From positions 1 to 29,186 of IMG/VR virus record IMGVR_UViG_3300037467_000879: a stretch of DNA of 29,186 bases; one strand, 5' to 3'. The stretch's first letter is position 1, and the number at the start of each line of letters is the position of its first letter. A program made the position numbers and the translations under genes. This DNA comes from a virus. Its lineage: Duplodnaviria > Caudoviricetes. The notes under the pieces were generated by a model. That model worked only from the letters and a program-made list of their open reading frames with translations. It was not told the origin of the DNA and made no database searches. Positions 8,530-16,007 of this stretch are shown piece after piece.

Positions 8530-8600
8530 TTGAAATTAACTCTGTTTTTGAGCACCGGCGCGCTCCGCGCGGTAAACGCCGCAGACTTTTACCACCCCCT
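8530..8600 (-). other. Candidate cos (cohesive-end) region
   Basis: Minus strand GGGGGTGGTAAAAGTCT...GAGC-GCGCCGGT-GCTC-AAAAAC...TTAATTTCAAAAT: G-run, A-tracts and a hyphenated dyad resembling HK97-type cos regions. Confidence 0.4.
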
Positions 8601-8659
8601 GCCTTGGGATGGGTGAGCGCCGGGGGATGGTGCTGCTGGCCAGCGATGATCGCTGAGGG

Positions 8660-8710
8660 CCAGATATGAAGACGCCCGCTCTGACCTGTTGGCCGGCGGG
8701 CGTAGCTTCA
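8660..8710 (-). terminator. Hairpin downstream of the putative late promoter (tR'-like)
   Basis: ACGCCCGC 8672-8679 pairs with GCGGGCGT 8696-8703, extended by TGAAG 8667-8671 / CTTCA 8706-8710. Confidence 0.45.
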
Positions 8711-8722
8711 ACGAATAGCTGC

Positions 8723-8752
8723 GTTATCGTTTAAGGGTGCACCGACTGTCAA
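8723..8752 (-). promoter_or_regulatory. Putative late promoter (pR'-like)
   Basis: Perfect TTGACA at 8752-8747 with a weaker CGATAA/GATAAC 17-18 nt downstream, directly after the late-regulator gene. Confidence 0.5.
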
Positions 8753-8759
8753 CTGGCAT

Positions 8760-9356
8760 TTAGCCAAGCCTCCAACGGTACGCGATCTGATCAGCGATGA
8801 ACTCGCAGATGGCACGGGCTGATGCCTCGGCGCCCTTGTTCTTGAAGCCGAGACGGGATCCCGCGACACCTGCCGCTTCGTCATACAGCACGACCATCTG
8901 CCAGCAATCCTTCCACTTGGGGTTGCAGAGGCTGAAGATGTCTTTGTCGACCTGGTCGAGGAACTCCTTCGCTTCGATCTGGCTGTCGATGAACACGGAT
9001 GGATCGGCGGGGATGCCGCGAATGGTGCCAGCCACATGGTAGTTGGCGATGACGCGCTGCTCGGTACCGAAGCGCAGACGGTACGACCAGCAGTAGAGCG
9101 AGATCGCCTCAGTCTGTCCGCGGGTCAGCGCGCCCGCACTGAGCCATCGCTCGACGGTTGTGCCGGCCCGGTTGCGCAGGACGCGAAACGTGCGGTTGCG
9201 CCCGTGCCCAAGCTCGTTGTTGAGGTCGACGATCGTCTCGTCGGCGTAGTCGCCATGTGCTGCAGCGAAGCGATTCACCGGCGGCTCCTGGACGAGCGGC
9301 TGCTTGGGCGCATTTGCCCGTCGCTGCTTGCGAGCCCGTGAACGCTTTGCACCCAT
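8760..9356 (-). CDS. Putative late-gene regulator (Q position, DUF6456-like)
   Basis: Last gene before the late promoter. TVERWLSAGALTRGQTEAI motif and C-terminal HTH-like segment resemble alphaproteobacterial prophage late regulators. ATG at 9356 after GAGGG. Confidence 0.6.
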   Translation of the reverse strand: MGAKRSRARKQRRANAPKQPLVQEPPVNRFAAAHGDYADETIVDLNNELGHGRNRTFRVLRNRAGTTVERWLSAGALTRGQTEAISLYCWSYRLRFGTEQRVIANYHVAGTIRGIPADPSVFIDSQIEAKEFLDQVDKDIFSLCNPKWKDCWQMVVLYDEAAGVAGSRLGFKNKGAEASARAICEFIADQIAYRWRLG

Positions 9357-9423
9357 ATCACCCTCCCCTGACGCATCACCCACCCGCCACCGATAGTCGC
9401 TTGGCCACTCCGCTCGCCAATGC

Positions 9424-10269
9424 CTAAGCATCGGCGCTCGTGACAGGCAGCCCACCGCCGAGCTGATCGAGCCGCATGCCGCGAACCGTGCTGTCGAAGC
9501 GCTTGAGCGACTTCGTTGGCGAGGCGTCGCGTTTGCGTGCTTTGGCGATGGCGGACAGGATCAGCTCGAGCGTGCAGCCCAAAGCCAGCCAGCCATTGAT
9601 TATTGAAATTCCATTCTGCCGCTGCGTGTCGTTCGCTGCGCGCCAATCGGCGGCTCGGCAGACGTACTCGAAAGCGAGGTGCGGATCGGTGATGCCCGGC
9701 GGCGGCTTCTCGTGCACGTGCACGCGCGAAGGCTCAGGCTTTGGAATTGAATCACTAAGGGCTGGCTTAGACTCAGCCTTTCCCTTTACTGTCCCTGTCC
9801 CTCTCCCTTGCATTGCCGCGTCCGTGGCGCTGGCATTGCCATGGCTATGCCGTGGCATTGCCGTGGCAGTACCGGATGACTGTCCTTCGGCATTACCCCA
9901 ACGCTTGTTCGCGCGCTCTCGCTGGGCCAGCCTGTGCTTCCATGCTTCGGTCGCTTTCTCGGCCACGACAGGGTGATAGAAGCGGCCGTCGCTGCACTTG
10001 ATCCAGCCGCGCAGCGCCATGTCGCGCAGCTTGCGCCAACGGCCGCAGGCGCCGGACAGATGGGCAAGAACGCGATCGTCGTCCGGCAGGCTAGCCGCCG
10101 GAACCTGAAGCCATGCCTTGCACCATAGCGCCAGCGCGGCCTTGAATTCTTCGCCAGTGGAAAGCGCGAACAGGTCACTGTCGAGCACGCGAACGACGTC
10201 CATGGGCATGAACGGCAGTCCGCGCAGATCGCAGTCAGGCGGCGTGAGAGGATCGGGGAGGCTCATCAT
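9424..10269 (-). CDS. Replication initiator, DUF1376/YdaU family
   Basis: PLTPPDCDLRGLPFMPMDV...LWCKAWLQVPAASLPDDDRVLA...GWIKCSDGRFYHPVVAEKA; internal iterons; start coupled to the upstream stop. Confidence 0.88.
   Translation of the reverse strand: MMSLPDPLTPPDCDLRGLPFMPMDVVRVLDSDLFALSTGEEFKAALALWCKAWLQVPAASLPDDDRVLAHLSGACGRWRKLRDMALRGWIKCSDGRFYHPVVAEKATEAWKHRLAQRERANKRWGNAEGQSSGTATAMPRHSHGNASATDAAMQGRGTGTVKGKAESKPALSDSIPKPEPSRVHVHEKPPPGITDPHLAFEYVCRAADWRAANDTQRQNGISIINGWLALGCTLELILSAIAKARKRDASPTKSLKRFDSTVRGMRLDQLGGGLPVTSADA
9808..9898. repeat. Iteron cluster / probable replication origin inside the initiator gene
   Basis: Four tandem 11-bp units at 9831-9874 (TGGCATTGCCA, TGGCTATGCCG, TGGCATTGCCG, TGGCAGTACCG) plus related copies at 9808 and 9888, next to a pyrimidine-skewed tract at 9778-9809. 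Confidence 0.7.
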
Positions 10270-10922
10270 CCACGCGCCTTCTGCCGCGCTGCGTGCTCGA
10301 CCTTGGCAATGGCGAGAATTGATGGTCGAATCTCGGGCGCGGCGTCGTCGAACGCCAGGACTCGGCGATAACGGTTTCCTCCTGCAAGGCGCGGCAGCAA
10401 AGAGCGCGAAACGACCTCCCAATTAGACGGGTGCGTATTGAGCTTGTCTCCGTCCAGGCATTTGAGCACGTGGCCTTTCGGGATCGAGCCGTTCGCGGCC
10501 TCCCATTCGATCAGATGAACCGCTCGCCAGCGCGATTGAAGCGGCATTCCGTCGTGAATCTTGCGCTCGATGTAGCCGTCCTTGCTGACTCGTTCGGTGC
10601 CAATCGGCTTGTAAAGCCTGATCGCCACGCCTCTGCGCTCGCCCTTCGTGAACTGCGTTCGCCGAGCGTTCGGATGATTGCCGCCGCGCCCTGGCTCGCA
10701 TTGCTTGCCTTTGTTGTGGGGTGCTTGCCCCTTTTCGAAGCAGCCCGTTCGGCCAGTTTTCCAGCCCTTGCGCTTTCTGAGGGCGCGCAGGTTTGCGTCG
10801 GACACATCATCACGGCCAAAGCGCCCGCGGAAGGCGCGGCCATAATCGCCAATCACCATCAGGCGGTTAGCCTCGAGCCACGCCGATTCCTCGGCGCTGT
10901 AGATGATCTGCCGGCCCTTCAC
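10266..10922 (-). CDS. HNH_3-like phage protein
   Basis: FEKGQAPHNKG, KPIGTERVSKDGYIERK and VHLIEWEAANGSIPKGHVLKCLDGDKLN...NWEVVSR motifs. Confidence 0.85.
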   Translation of the reverse strand: MKGRQIIYSAEESAWLEANRLMVIGDYGRAFRGRFGRDDVSDANLRALRKRKGWKTGRTGCFEKGQAPHNKGKQCEPGRGGNHPNARRTQFTKGERRGVAIRLYKPIGTERVSKDGYIERKIHDGMPLQSRWRAVHLIEWEAANGSIPKGHVLKCLDGDKLNTHPSNWEVVSRSLLPRLAGGNRYRRVLAFDDAAPEIRPSILAIAKVEHAARQKARG

Positions 10923-11179
10923 GCCGCGTCTGAAACTGGCCTTGGAGCCGGCTGCTCGAGCATCGTCAGGTGCGGCTTGAAGCGGTCTCCGTGATTGGCG
11001 AGGATAGTCACAGCCTTCAGCTGCAGATCGGCATTGCGAACGATTTGGTCGGCGACGGCCACGACGGCGTCAGCGCGCTTCACTTCATCCGTGATCTGCT
11101 CGCTCGTTAGATCCTCGTCGGAAAGCCGCTCGAGCTGAGCGAACAGGTGGTTGTTCAAGTCCGTCAGCTTGTTTTTCAT
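10919..11179 (-). CDS. Conserved phage protein (KNKLxDLNNHLF type), partner of the HNH-like gene
   Basis: MKNKLTDLNNHLFAQLERLSDEDL motif, GGAGGG RBS, 4-bp overlap with the next gene. Confidence 0.85.
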   Translation of the reverse strand: MKNKLTDLNNHLFAQLERLSDEDLTSEQITDEVKRADAVVAVADQIVRNADLQLKAVTILANHGDRFKPHLTMLEQPAPRPVSDAA

Positions 11180-11346
11180 AAAATCCCTCCTGTCGTGTGA
11201 TCGCCATATTCCCGCCGCAGCTCATCGAGTCGCGCCTGCAGTGTCTGACCAGGCCGCCTCGTCTGCCGTGCAAGCGCGGACAGGTATCGGATCAGGTCGA
11301 CGTCCATCAGTTCCGACCTGCATCCGGCGTGGAGGACGCGGTTCAT
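11176..11346 (-). CDS. Hypothetical protein (56 aa)
   Basis: MNRVLHAG... with ATGA overlaps at both ends. Confidence 0.65.
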   Translation of the reverse strand: MNRVLHAGCRSELMDVDLIRYLSALARQTRRPGQTLQARLDELRREYGDHTTGGIL

Positions 11347-11807
11347 AGCTCGACCGCCGTCAGCTCGAGCCGCGGGCGCGAGGAATAGAATTTGTCGACG
11401 GTCAGGCTGACGACCTGGCTGTCGTCGCGCCACACGATACCGTTCAGCGCGTCGATCACCTTGGCGAAGTTGTCCACGTCGGGCTTCGTAAGCGGGCGCA
11501 GTTCGCCGGTCTCAGCGAGCGGCCCTTTCGCCTTGTGCTTCGCGATTGCCTGCGGCGTCTGCATGAAAGCGCGGATCTTGACGCTGAGCGCGCCTTGGAG
11601 CTGCGGAAGCGTGAACAGCTCCATGTGCTCGGCGGCCTTGAGCCTGATCAGATCCTCATAGCGCCGCGTTTTAGCAGGAGTGAAAGCGCGAGCGAAACCG
11701 CCCCGTGTCGTAACGCGAGGGCGCCCCTTTGGCACTGGCGGACCAGGCACGACGATGCGAACGCCCGGATAGACGTCAGGCAAGGAAAGAGGCGCCAGCG
11801 CGAGCAT
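11343..11807 (-). CDS. rusA: RusA-family Holliday junction resolvase
   Basis: PVPKGRPR, KPDVDNFAKVIDALNGIVWRDDSQVV catalytic Asp motifs. Confidence 0.93.
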   Translation of the reverse strand: MLALAPLSLPDVYPGVRIVVPGPPVPKGRPRVTTRGGFARAFTPAKTRRYEDLIRLKAAEHMELFTLPQLQGALSVKIRAFMQTPQAIAKHKAKGPLAETGELRPLTKPDVDNFAKVIDALNGIVWRDDSQVVSLTVDKFYSSRPRLELTAVEL

Positions 11808-12182
11808 CTAAGCGGCCATCGCGTTCGCGTAGCGCTTCAGGTCGCGCTGCAAGATCGGACTGCGCGGCTCGCGCATGTTCTGGAATTTCTGCCGGATGCG
11901 CCGGCGCTCGGCGCTCGTCGCGTGCCGTTTCAGAGGCGCCGGGAATGTCGCGATGATCAGTTCGATTTCTGGCACGATCGTGAACCATTCCCCGCGAACG
12001 CGATGTTCTGCGAACCGGCGATGAAGCCCGCGCTCCTCGGCGTAAGAGCCTTGCATGACGGCTTCGATGACAATTTCTACGGGGCTTGCGGTGCTCAGCT
12101 TGTCCAGGCGATCATAGGGATCGTCGGCGCATCCGATCTTCACTAAGCCGACTTGGCGGGCGGTGATGAAATAGACGCTCAT
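11808..12182 (-). CDS. GIY-YIG superfamily protein (T5orf172/MUG113-like)
   Basis: MSVYFI...VKIG...RL..L...ERGLHRRFAEHRVRGEWF; ATG at 12182 overlaps the upstream stop. Confidence 0.88.
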   Translation of the reverse strand: MSVYFITARQVGLVKIGCADDPYDRLDKLSTASPVEIVIEAVMQGSYAEERGLHRRFAEHRVRGEWFTIVPEIELIIATFPAPLKRHATSAERRRIRQKFQNMREPRSPILQRDLKRYANAMAA

Positions 12183-12502
12183 GCCGCAAGCTCCTGCGGC
12201 GCTGGCATCGGTAGGTTCAGCGAGCGCTGCCTCGCGCGGAAAGCCTTCTCGGCTTCGTCCAGGTTGTAGATCAGCCGATCCTCGAGCTCGGGAAATTCGG
12301 CGGTGAGTTTCAGCCAGCACGACGCGGGCATTTCCGTGTCGGTGCAGATGTAGGCGTGCACTGACTGAGGCTCGCGCTCGATCAAGCGCCCGATCTTCTT
12401 GAGCGTCATGTCGGCCCGCGAGTTTTTGAAGTGCAGCAGCGTGACCGCCATCGCAGCTTGGATGGCGTCGCAATCATATTTCGTGATTATTGAAGGGGAC
12501 AT
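12179..12502 (-). CDS. Putative HTH regulator at the cII position
   Basis: TLKKIGRLIEREPQSVHAYI HTH-like segment; first gene after cro. Confidence 0.6.
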   Translation of the reverse strand: MSPSIITKYDCDAIQAAMAVTLLHFKNSRADMTLKKIGRLIEREPQSVHAYICTDTEMPASCWLKLTAEFPELEDRLIYNLDEAEKAFRARQRSLNLPMPAPQELAA

Positions 12503-12562
12503 CGATTAGTGACGCCCCCGTTCCGAGTGCGAACGGAGCGTGTGATGAGTACCCGGGATTAC

Positions 12563-12604
12563 AAGGCAGCCGTTCGACTCCCTCCCCCAGTCGGCGGCTG
12601 CCTT
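12563..12604. terminator. Long hairpin between cro and the cII-like gene
   Basis: AAGGCAGCCG 12563-12572 / CGGCTGCCTT 12595-12604, plus inner CGACT/AGTCG stem. Confidence 0.5.
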
Positions 12605-12618
12605 CAAATTAGAGCAGC

Positions 12619-12828
12619 TCATGCCGCTTCCGACTTCGGCTCAATGGGCTCCCATTCGCGCGGCGGAACCTTGCCGTCGGTCGCCCGCTCGATCCTCAAC
12701 GCTAGATCGAGGCCAGGCCGAAGATTGCCCGCGACCAAGCGACTGACCGTCGCATCGGTGGTGCCAACGCGAGCAGCGAATTCCGTCTGCTTCTCGCCGG
12801 TCTCTTCCAAATAGTCGGTGAGTTTCAT
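12619..12828 (-). CDS. cro: Cro-like XRE HTH protein
   Basis: MKLTDYL...QTEFAARVGTTDATVSRLVAG...IERATDGKV; divergent from cI. Confidence 0.9.
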   Translation of the reverse strand: MKLTDYLEETGEKQTEFAARVGTTDATVSRLVAGNLRPGLDLALRIERATDGKVPPREWEPIEPKSEAA

Positions 12829-12836
12829 GACCGCGC

Positions 12837-12872
12837 ACATTACGCATTGCGAAAATTTACGCAAGCCGCAAT
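12837..12872. promoter_or_regulatory. OR-like operators and cro promoter
   Basis: TTACGCATTGCGAAAA at 12840-12855 and TTACGCAAGCCGCAAT at 12857-12872. Minus-strand TTGCGT...TAATGT lies just upstream of the cro ATG. Confidence 0.7.
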
Positions 12873-12886
12873 TTTCGTGCGGCGGC

Positions 12887-13570
12887 ATGGATTTGATCTT
12901 CGCTGTGGATGAATTGTCGCCCGTGGCGGGGAACAATCTCAAGGCAATACGAAAACGCGCCAAGCTCACCCAGGGCGACATTGCCGAGCGCCTCGGCGTG
13001 TCTGTTCCACAGGTCAGCCGTTGGGAAGCCGGCGGGGACAATATCCCGAGCAACCGGCTGTCAGCCATCGCAGAAGCCTACGGCACTTCGATCGGCGAGA
13101 TTTTCGCGACCGCGGAAGAATATCAACCTGCCGGACCGCGGCTATTCGTAAAGGGCCGCGTGGCTGCGGGCATCTGGATTGACGCCTGGCAGGTGAATGC
13201 AGACGATTGGGAGGTTTACACCGGCCGCGCGGACGTAAGCGCCTCCGTCAGAAAGCGGTTCGGGCTCCGCGTTGTCGGCGATAGCATGAACCTCATTTAT
13301 CCTCCGGGCACCATCCTCGATTGCGTCGAATATGACGGCGAGCACATGATAGAATCGGGGAAGCGGGTCATCGCGGTTCGGCACCGCCAGGATGGGAGCG
13401 TTGAGGCGACGGTGAAGGAGCTCGTGCGCGACGAAGACGGCACTGAATGGCTCGTGCCGCGCTCGACGAATCCACAGTTCAACGCCTTCAGAGGTGATCG
13501 ACCAGATTCGCCCGACATCACGCGGGTTGAAATCGTCGGCATTGTTGTGGCTTCAATTAGACCGGAGTGA
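12887..13570 (+). CDS. cI: CI-like repressor (XRE HTH plus S24 autopeptidase)
   Basis: LKAIRKRAKLTQGDIAERLGVSVPQVSRWEAG HTH, VAAG cleavage site, GDSM Ser and TVKEL Lys. Exact start uncertain (ATG 12887 or a downstream GTG). Confidence 0.93.
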   Translation: MDLIFAVDELSPVAGNNLKAIRKRAKLTQGDIAERLGVSVPQVSRWEAGGDNIPSNRLSAIAEAYGTSIGEIFATAEEYQPAGPRLFVKGRVAAGIWIDAWQVNADDWEVYTGRADVSASVRKRFGLRVVGDSMNLIYPPGTILDCVEYDGEHMIESGKRVIAVRHRQDGSVEATVKELVRDEDGTEWLVPRSTNPQFNAFRGDRPDSPDITRVEIVGIVVASIRPE

Positions 13571-13573
13571 GCG

Positions 13574-13825
13574 ATGCGCTACGCGCTCTCGATACCCGCT
13601 TTCCTGCTCTTGGTCGGCGCGGCGTGGTTTCTCTTCGCCGGCCTGACGATCGACACGACAGTCCCGACCAGCGAGCCTGCTTTCGGCGGAGGCATCGCGA
13701 ACCTTCAACTGATGCACATTCAGATGCTGGACATCGTGATCGGGCTCGTCTCTGGCCTGACGAGCGCGGTCCTCTTTACCGGGGCCGCCATTGTTGCGAC
13801 GGTTCAGGACCGCGCAGCTGAATAA
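13574..13825 (+). CDS. Two-TM membrane protein downstream of cI (superinfection-exclusion candidate)
   Basis: GGAG RBS; hydrophobic segments ALSIPAFLLLVGAAWFLFAGL and IVIGLVSGLTSAVLFTGAAIVA. Confidence 0.7.
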   Translation: MRYALSIPAFLLLVGAAWFLFAGLTIDTTVPTSEPAFGGGIANLQLMHIQMLDIVIGLVSGLTSAVLFTGAAIVATVQDRAAE

Positions 13826-13826
13826 A

Positions 13827-13877
13827 TTACGCAATGCGAAAATACTGCTTGACCTAATTTTTCGTAATACGTAAGAA
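13827..13877 (+). promoter_or_regulatory. OL-like operators and pL-like early promoter
   Basis: TTACGCAATGCGAAAA at 13827-13842 and inverted copy TTTTCGTAATACGTAA at 13859-13874. TTGACC (13849)-17 nt-TAAGAA (13872). Confidence 0.75.
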
Positions 13878-13912
13878 ATCCTCAAGCGGCCCGTTGCCGC
13901 TGGGGAGACGCC

Positions 13913-14233
13913 ATGCTTCAGCTTCCTGAATGGGCGAGATCGCAGATCGCGAGCGAACTGATCGCCGCCATTCTCGCCGACCCGCCCGAAGGCCGCCCGA
14001 TCCGCGACGATTGGGGCACGCGCGATCATCGCTCGTTCGCTGGCAAGATCGCGGGGCGGTTGCGCCGTCTGCACAAGGAGTGGGTTGAGCGCGAATATTC
14101 GCATCTGAGCCGGAAGTTCGCGATCTACCACAAATGGGATCACGAGCGCGCGCGGGAGGTACTGAGCGCGCCGGATGGCAACCAGCTGATTGAGCAGCTG
14201 CTGAGCCAAGAGCAGCGGAGGGCGGCAGCATGA
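13913..14233 (+). CDS. Hypothetical early protein
   Basis: GGGGAG RBS, first gene after pL, ATGA coupling to the next gene. Confidence 0.8.
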   Translation: MLQLPEWARSQIASELIAAILADPPEGRPIRDDWGTRDHRSFAGKIAGRLRRLHKEWVEREYSHLSRKFAIYHKWDHERAREVLSAPDGNQLIEQLLSQEQRRAAA

Positions 14234-14463
14234 AGCTGGCGGACCTCACCAAGCCGCAGTGGGACGCAGCTCGGAACGCTGCTGACTGCCTGATGCGCGG
14301 CAATCCGGATCGCGAGCACGACCGCGCGGCCTATCGCGCCTCGGTAACAGTGTTGCGTGCGCTGCTGCCCGAGGGCGCCGACGAGAAAGAGATCATCAAA
14401 GCCGCCGCGCATTGGCGGATGGTCAACGACATCGCGGCCTCGATCGCTGGAATTCCGGCATGA
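14230..14463 (+). CDS. Hypothetical early protein
   Basis: 77 aa with ATGA overlaps at both ends. Confidence 0.75.
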   Translation: MKLADLTKPQWDAARNAADCLMRGNPDREHDRAAYRASVTVLRALLPEGADEKEIIKAAAHWRMVNDIAASIAGIPA

Positions 14464-14606
14464 TCCGCCTCTTCCGCATGTACATCGCCCGCCGCCGTTT
14501 GGAGCGGCTGATCCGCAAGCAGCGCGCGCAGTTCGCTGCCGCGCATCCCGATTACGCCGAGCGTCGGAAAGCGGCGCTGCGGCATCAGCCGAGGAGTTGG
14601 GCATGA
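14460..14606 (+). CDS. Small basic hypothetical protein (48 aa)
   Basis: MIRLFRMYIARRRL... with ATGA overlaps at both ends. Confidence 0.65.
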   Translation: MIRLFRMYIARRRLERLIRKQRAQFAAAHPDYAERRKAALRHQPRSWA

Positions 14607-14815
14607 GCCGCTTCGTCACCAGCCCGGTCGACCCGCGCAAGCTCAGCATGCTTCCGCATCAGATCGCGCGCCAGCATCCGGGCCGGCGCCAGCATCTGCA
14701 CGGCCGCATTCAGCCGATGGAGCAGCCGCGCGACCCTAGCGCCAAGCTGTTCGTCGCGCTTGCCTCAGCTATCGCGCTGCTCTTCGCCCTTCAGCTTTTG
14801 CGCGGCTGGCTATGA
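14603..14815 (+). CDS. Small protein with C-terminal TM segment
   Basis: GAGGAG RBS; MSRFVTSP...LFVALASAIALLFALQLL; ATGA coupling. Confidence 0.7.
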   Translation: MSRFVTSPVDPRKLSMLPHQIARQHPGRRQHLHGRIQPMEQPRDPSAKLFVALASAIALLFALQLLRGWL

Positions 14816-15018
14816 CCCTGCACCTCGTCAGCGATAACCAGCACCCGGGCACGAGCCTGCACGAGAGATTCGAAGCCCATGATCGGCACTGGCACGACGT
14901 CGAGCCCCGCACCTTCGCGCTGACGGCCGACGAGATCACGCTCTTCTGTGGCGCGTGCTTCGGCGCCGGATGCCTTTTCACCACTGCGGCCGCTTGGGTG
15001 CTGTCATGGTACATCTGA
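14812..15018 (+). CDS. Small protein with C-terminal hydrophobic segment
   Basis: MTLHLVSDN...; ATGA coupling. Confidence 0.65.
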   Translation: MTLHLVSDNQHPGTSLHERFEAHDRHWHDVEPRTFALTADEITLFCGACFGAGCLFTTAAAWVLSWYI

Positions 15019-16007
15019 CCGAGGGCGTTCACGACATCAGCGAGGCGGAATATCACGCCGACTGCTGTCCCGCGCCGTCGCTGAGCTCGACCATCGCCAA
15101 ACTGCTCGTCGATCGCTCGCCCTGGCACGCTTACTGGAATCACCCGCGCCTAAACCCGGCTTTCGAGCCGAAGGAAAAGGAGGCGTTCGACCTCGGCTCC
15201 GCATTCCACAAGCTGATGCTTGGCAAGGGCGCGGACATTGCCGAGATCGCCGCTGACGATTGGCGCACTAGCGCGGCCAAGCAAGCACGCGAGACGGCGC
15301 GAGCGATGGGGCACATTCCGATGCTCTCGCGCCAGCTGCGCGCTGCCGAGCGCATGGTCGAGGTCGTGCAAAGCCAGGTCGAGCGGCACGAGGAAGCGCA
15401 TGACGCGCTGAAGGCTGGCATTCCCGAGCGAACGCTGATCTGGCGCGAGGACAATGGCGTGTGGTGTCGTGCGCGCCTCGATTGGATGCCACACTTCGGC
15501 ATTGCCTATCCGGATCTGAAAACGACCGCCGCCGCGGCGTCGCCCGACCAATGGGGCCGCAAGGTGATGTTCGACACCGGCTGCGACATTCAGGACGCCT
15601 TCTATCGGCGTGGCCTGAAGAAGCTCGGCATCAATGAGCACGCCTTCCTGCTGTTTGTCGTCGCTGAAGTCGACGAACCGTTCGCCATGGCCACGCATCG
15701 CCTTGCCCCCGGCGCGATGGCCATGGCGGACAGGAAGGTCGAGCACGCGATCAAGCTGTTCGGGCTGTGCCAGGAACGGAACTGGTGGCCGGGTTATCGG
15801 ACGGAAACGGCCTGGCATGACCCGCCGCCGTGGCACGAGCAGCGCTGGATTGAGCGCGAGGACGACGGCAGCTTCGACGCCGCGCTCGCCGAACTGGCTG
15901 CAATCAAGCCGCGCCAACGAACAGCAGAGGACCATCAGGCATTCGAGGACGCAGACCAGCGCGACGCCTTCGGATTGCTGCCAGTGAAAGAGGGAATTGC
16001 GAAGTGA
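15006..16007 (+). CDS. RecE/ExoVIII-like PD-(D/E)XK exonuclease (DUF3799-like)
   Basis: EYHAD...SLSST, LGSAFH, PERTLIW, CRARLDW, PDLKTT and IQDAFY motifs. Confidence 0.9.
   Translation: MVHLTEGVHDISEAEYHADCCPAPSLSSTIAKLLVDRSPWHAYWNHPRLNPAFEPKEKEAFDLGSAFHKLMLGKGADIAEIAADDWRTSAAKQARETARAMGHIPMLSRQLRAAERMVEVVQSQVERHEEAHDALKAGIPERTLIWREDNGVWCRARLDWMPHFGIAYPDLKTTAAAASPDQWGRKVMFDTGCDIQDAFYRRGLKKLGINEHAFLLFVVAEVDEPFAMATHRLAPGAMAMADRKVEHAIKLFGLCQERNWWPGYRTETAWHDPPPWHEQRWIEREDDGSFDAALAELAAIKPRQRTAEDHQAFEDADQRDAFGLLPVKEGIAK

Noticed and set aside
4786-13068. Long N-terminal extensions in the ORF track (protease 4839, portal 6232, terL 7869, initiator 10422, GIY-YIG 12473, cro 13068, cI 12818)
   Set aside because: They overlap neighbouring genes or operators; downstream starts have RBSs or stop/start coupling.
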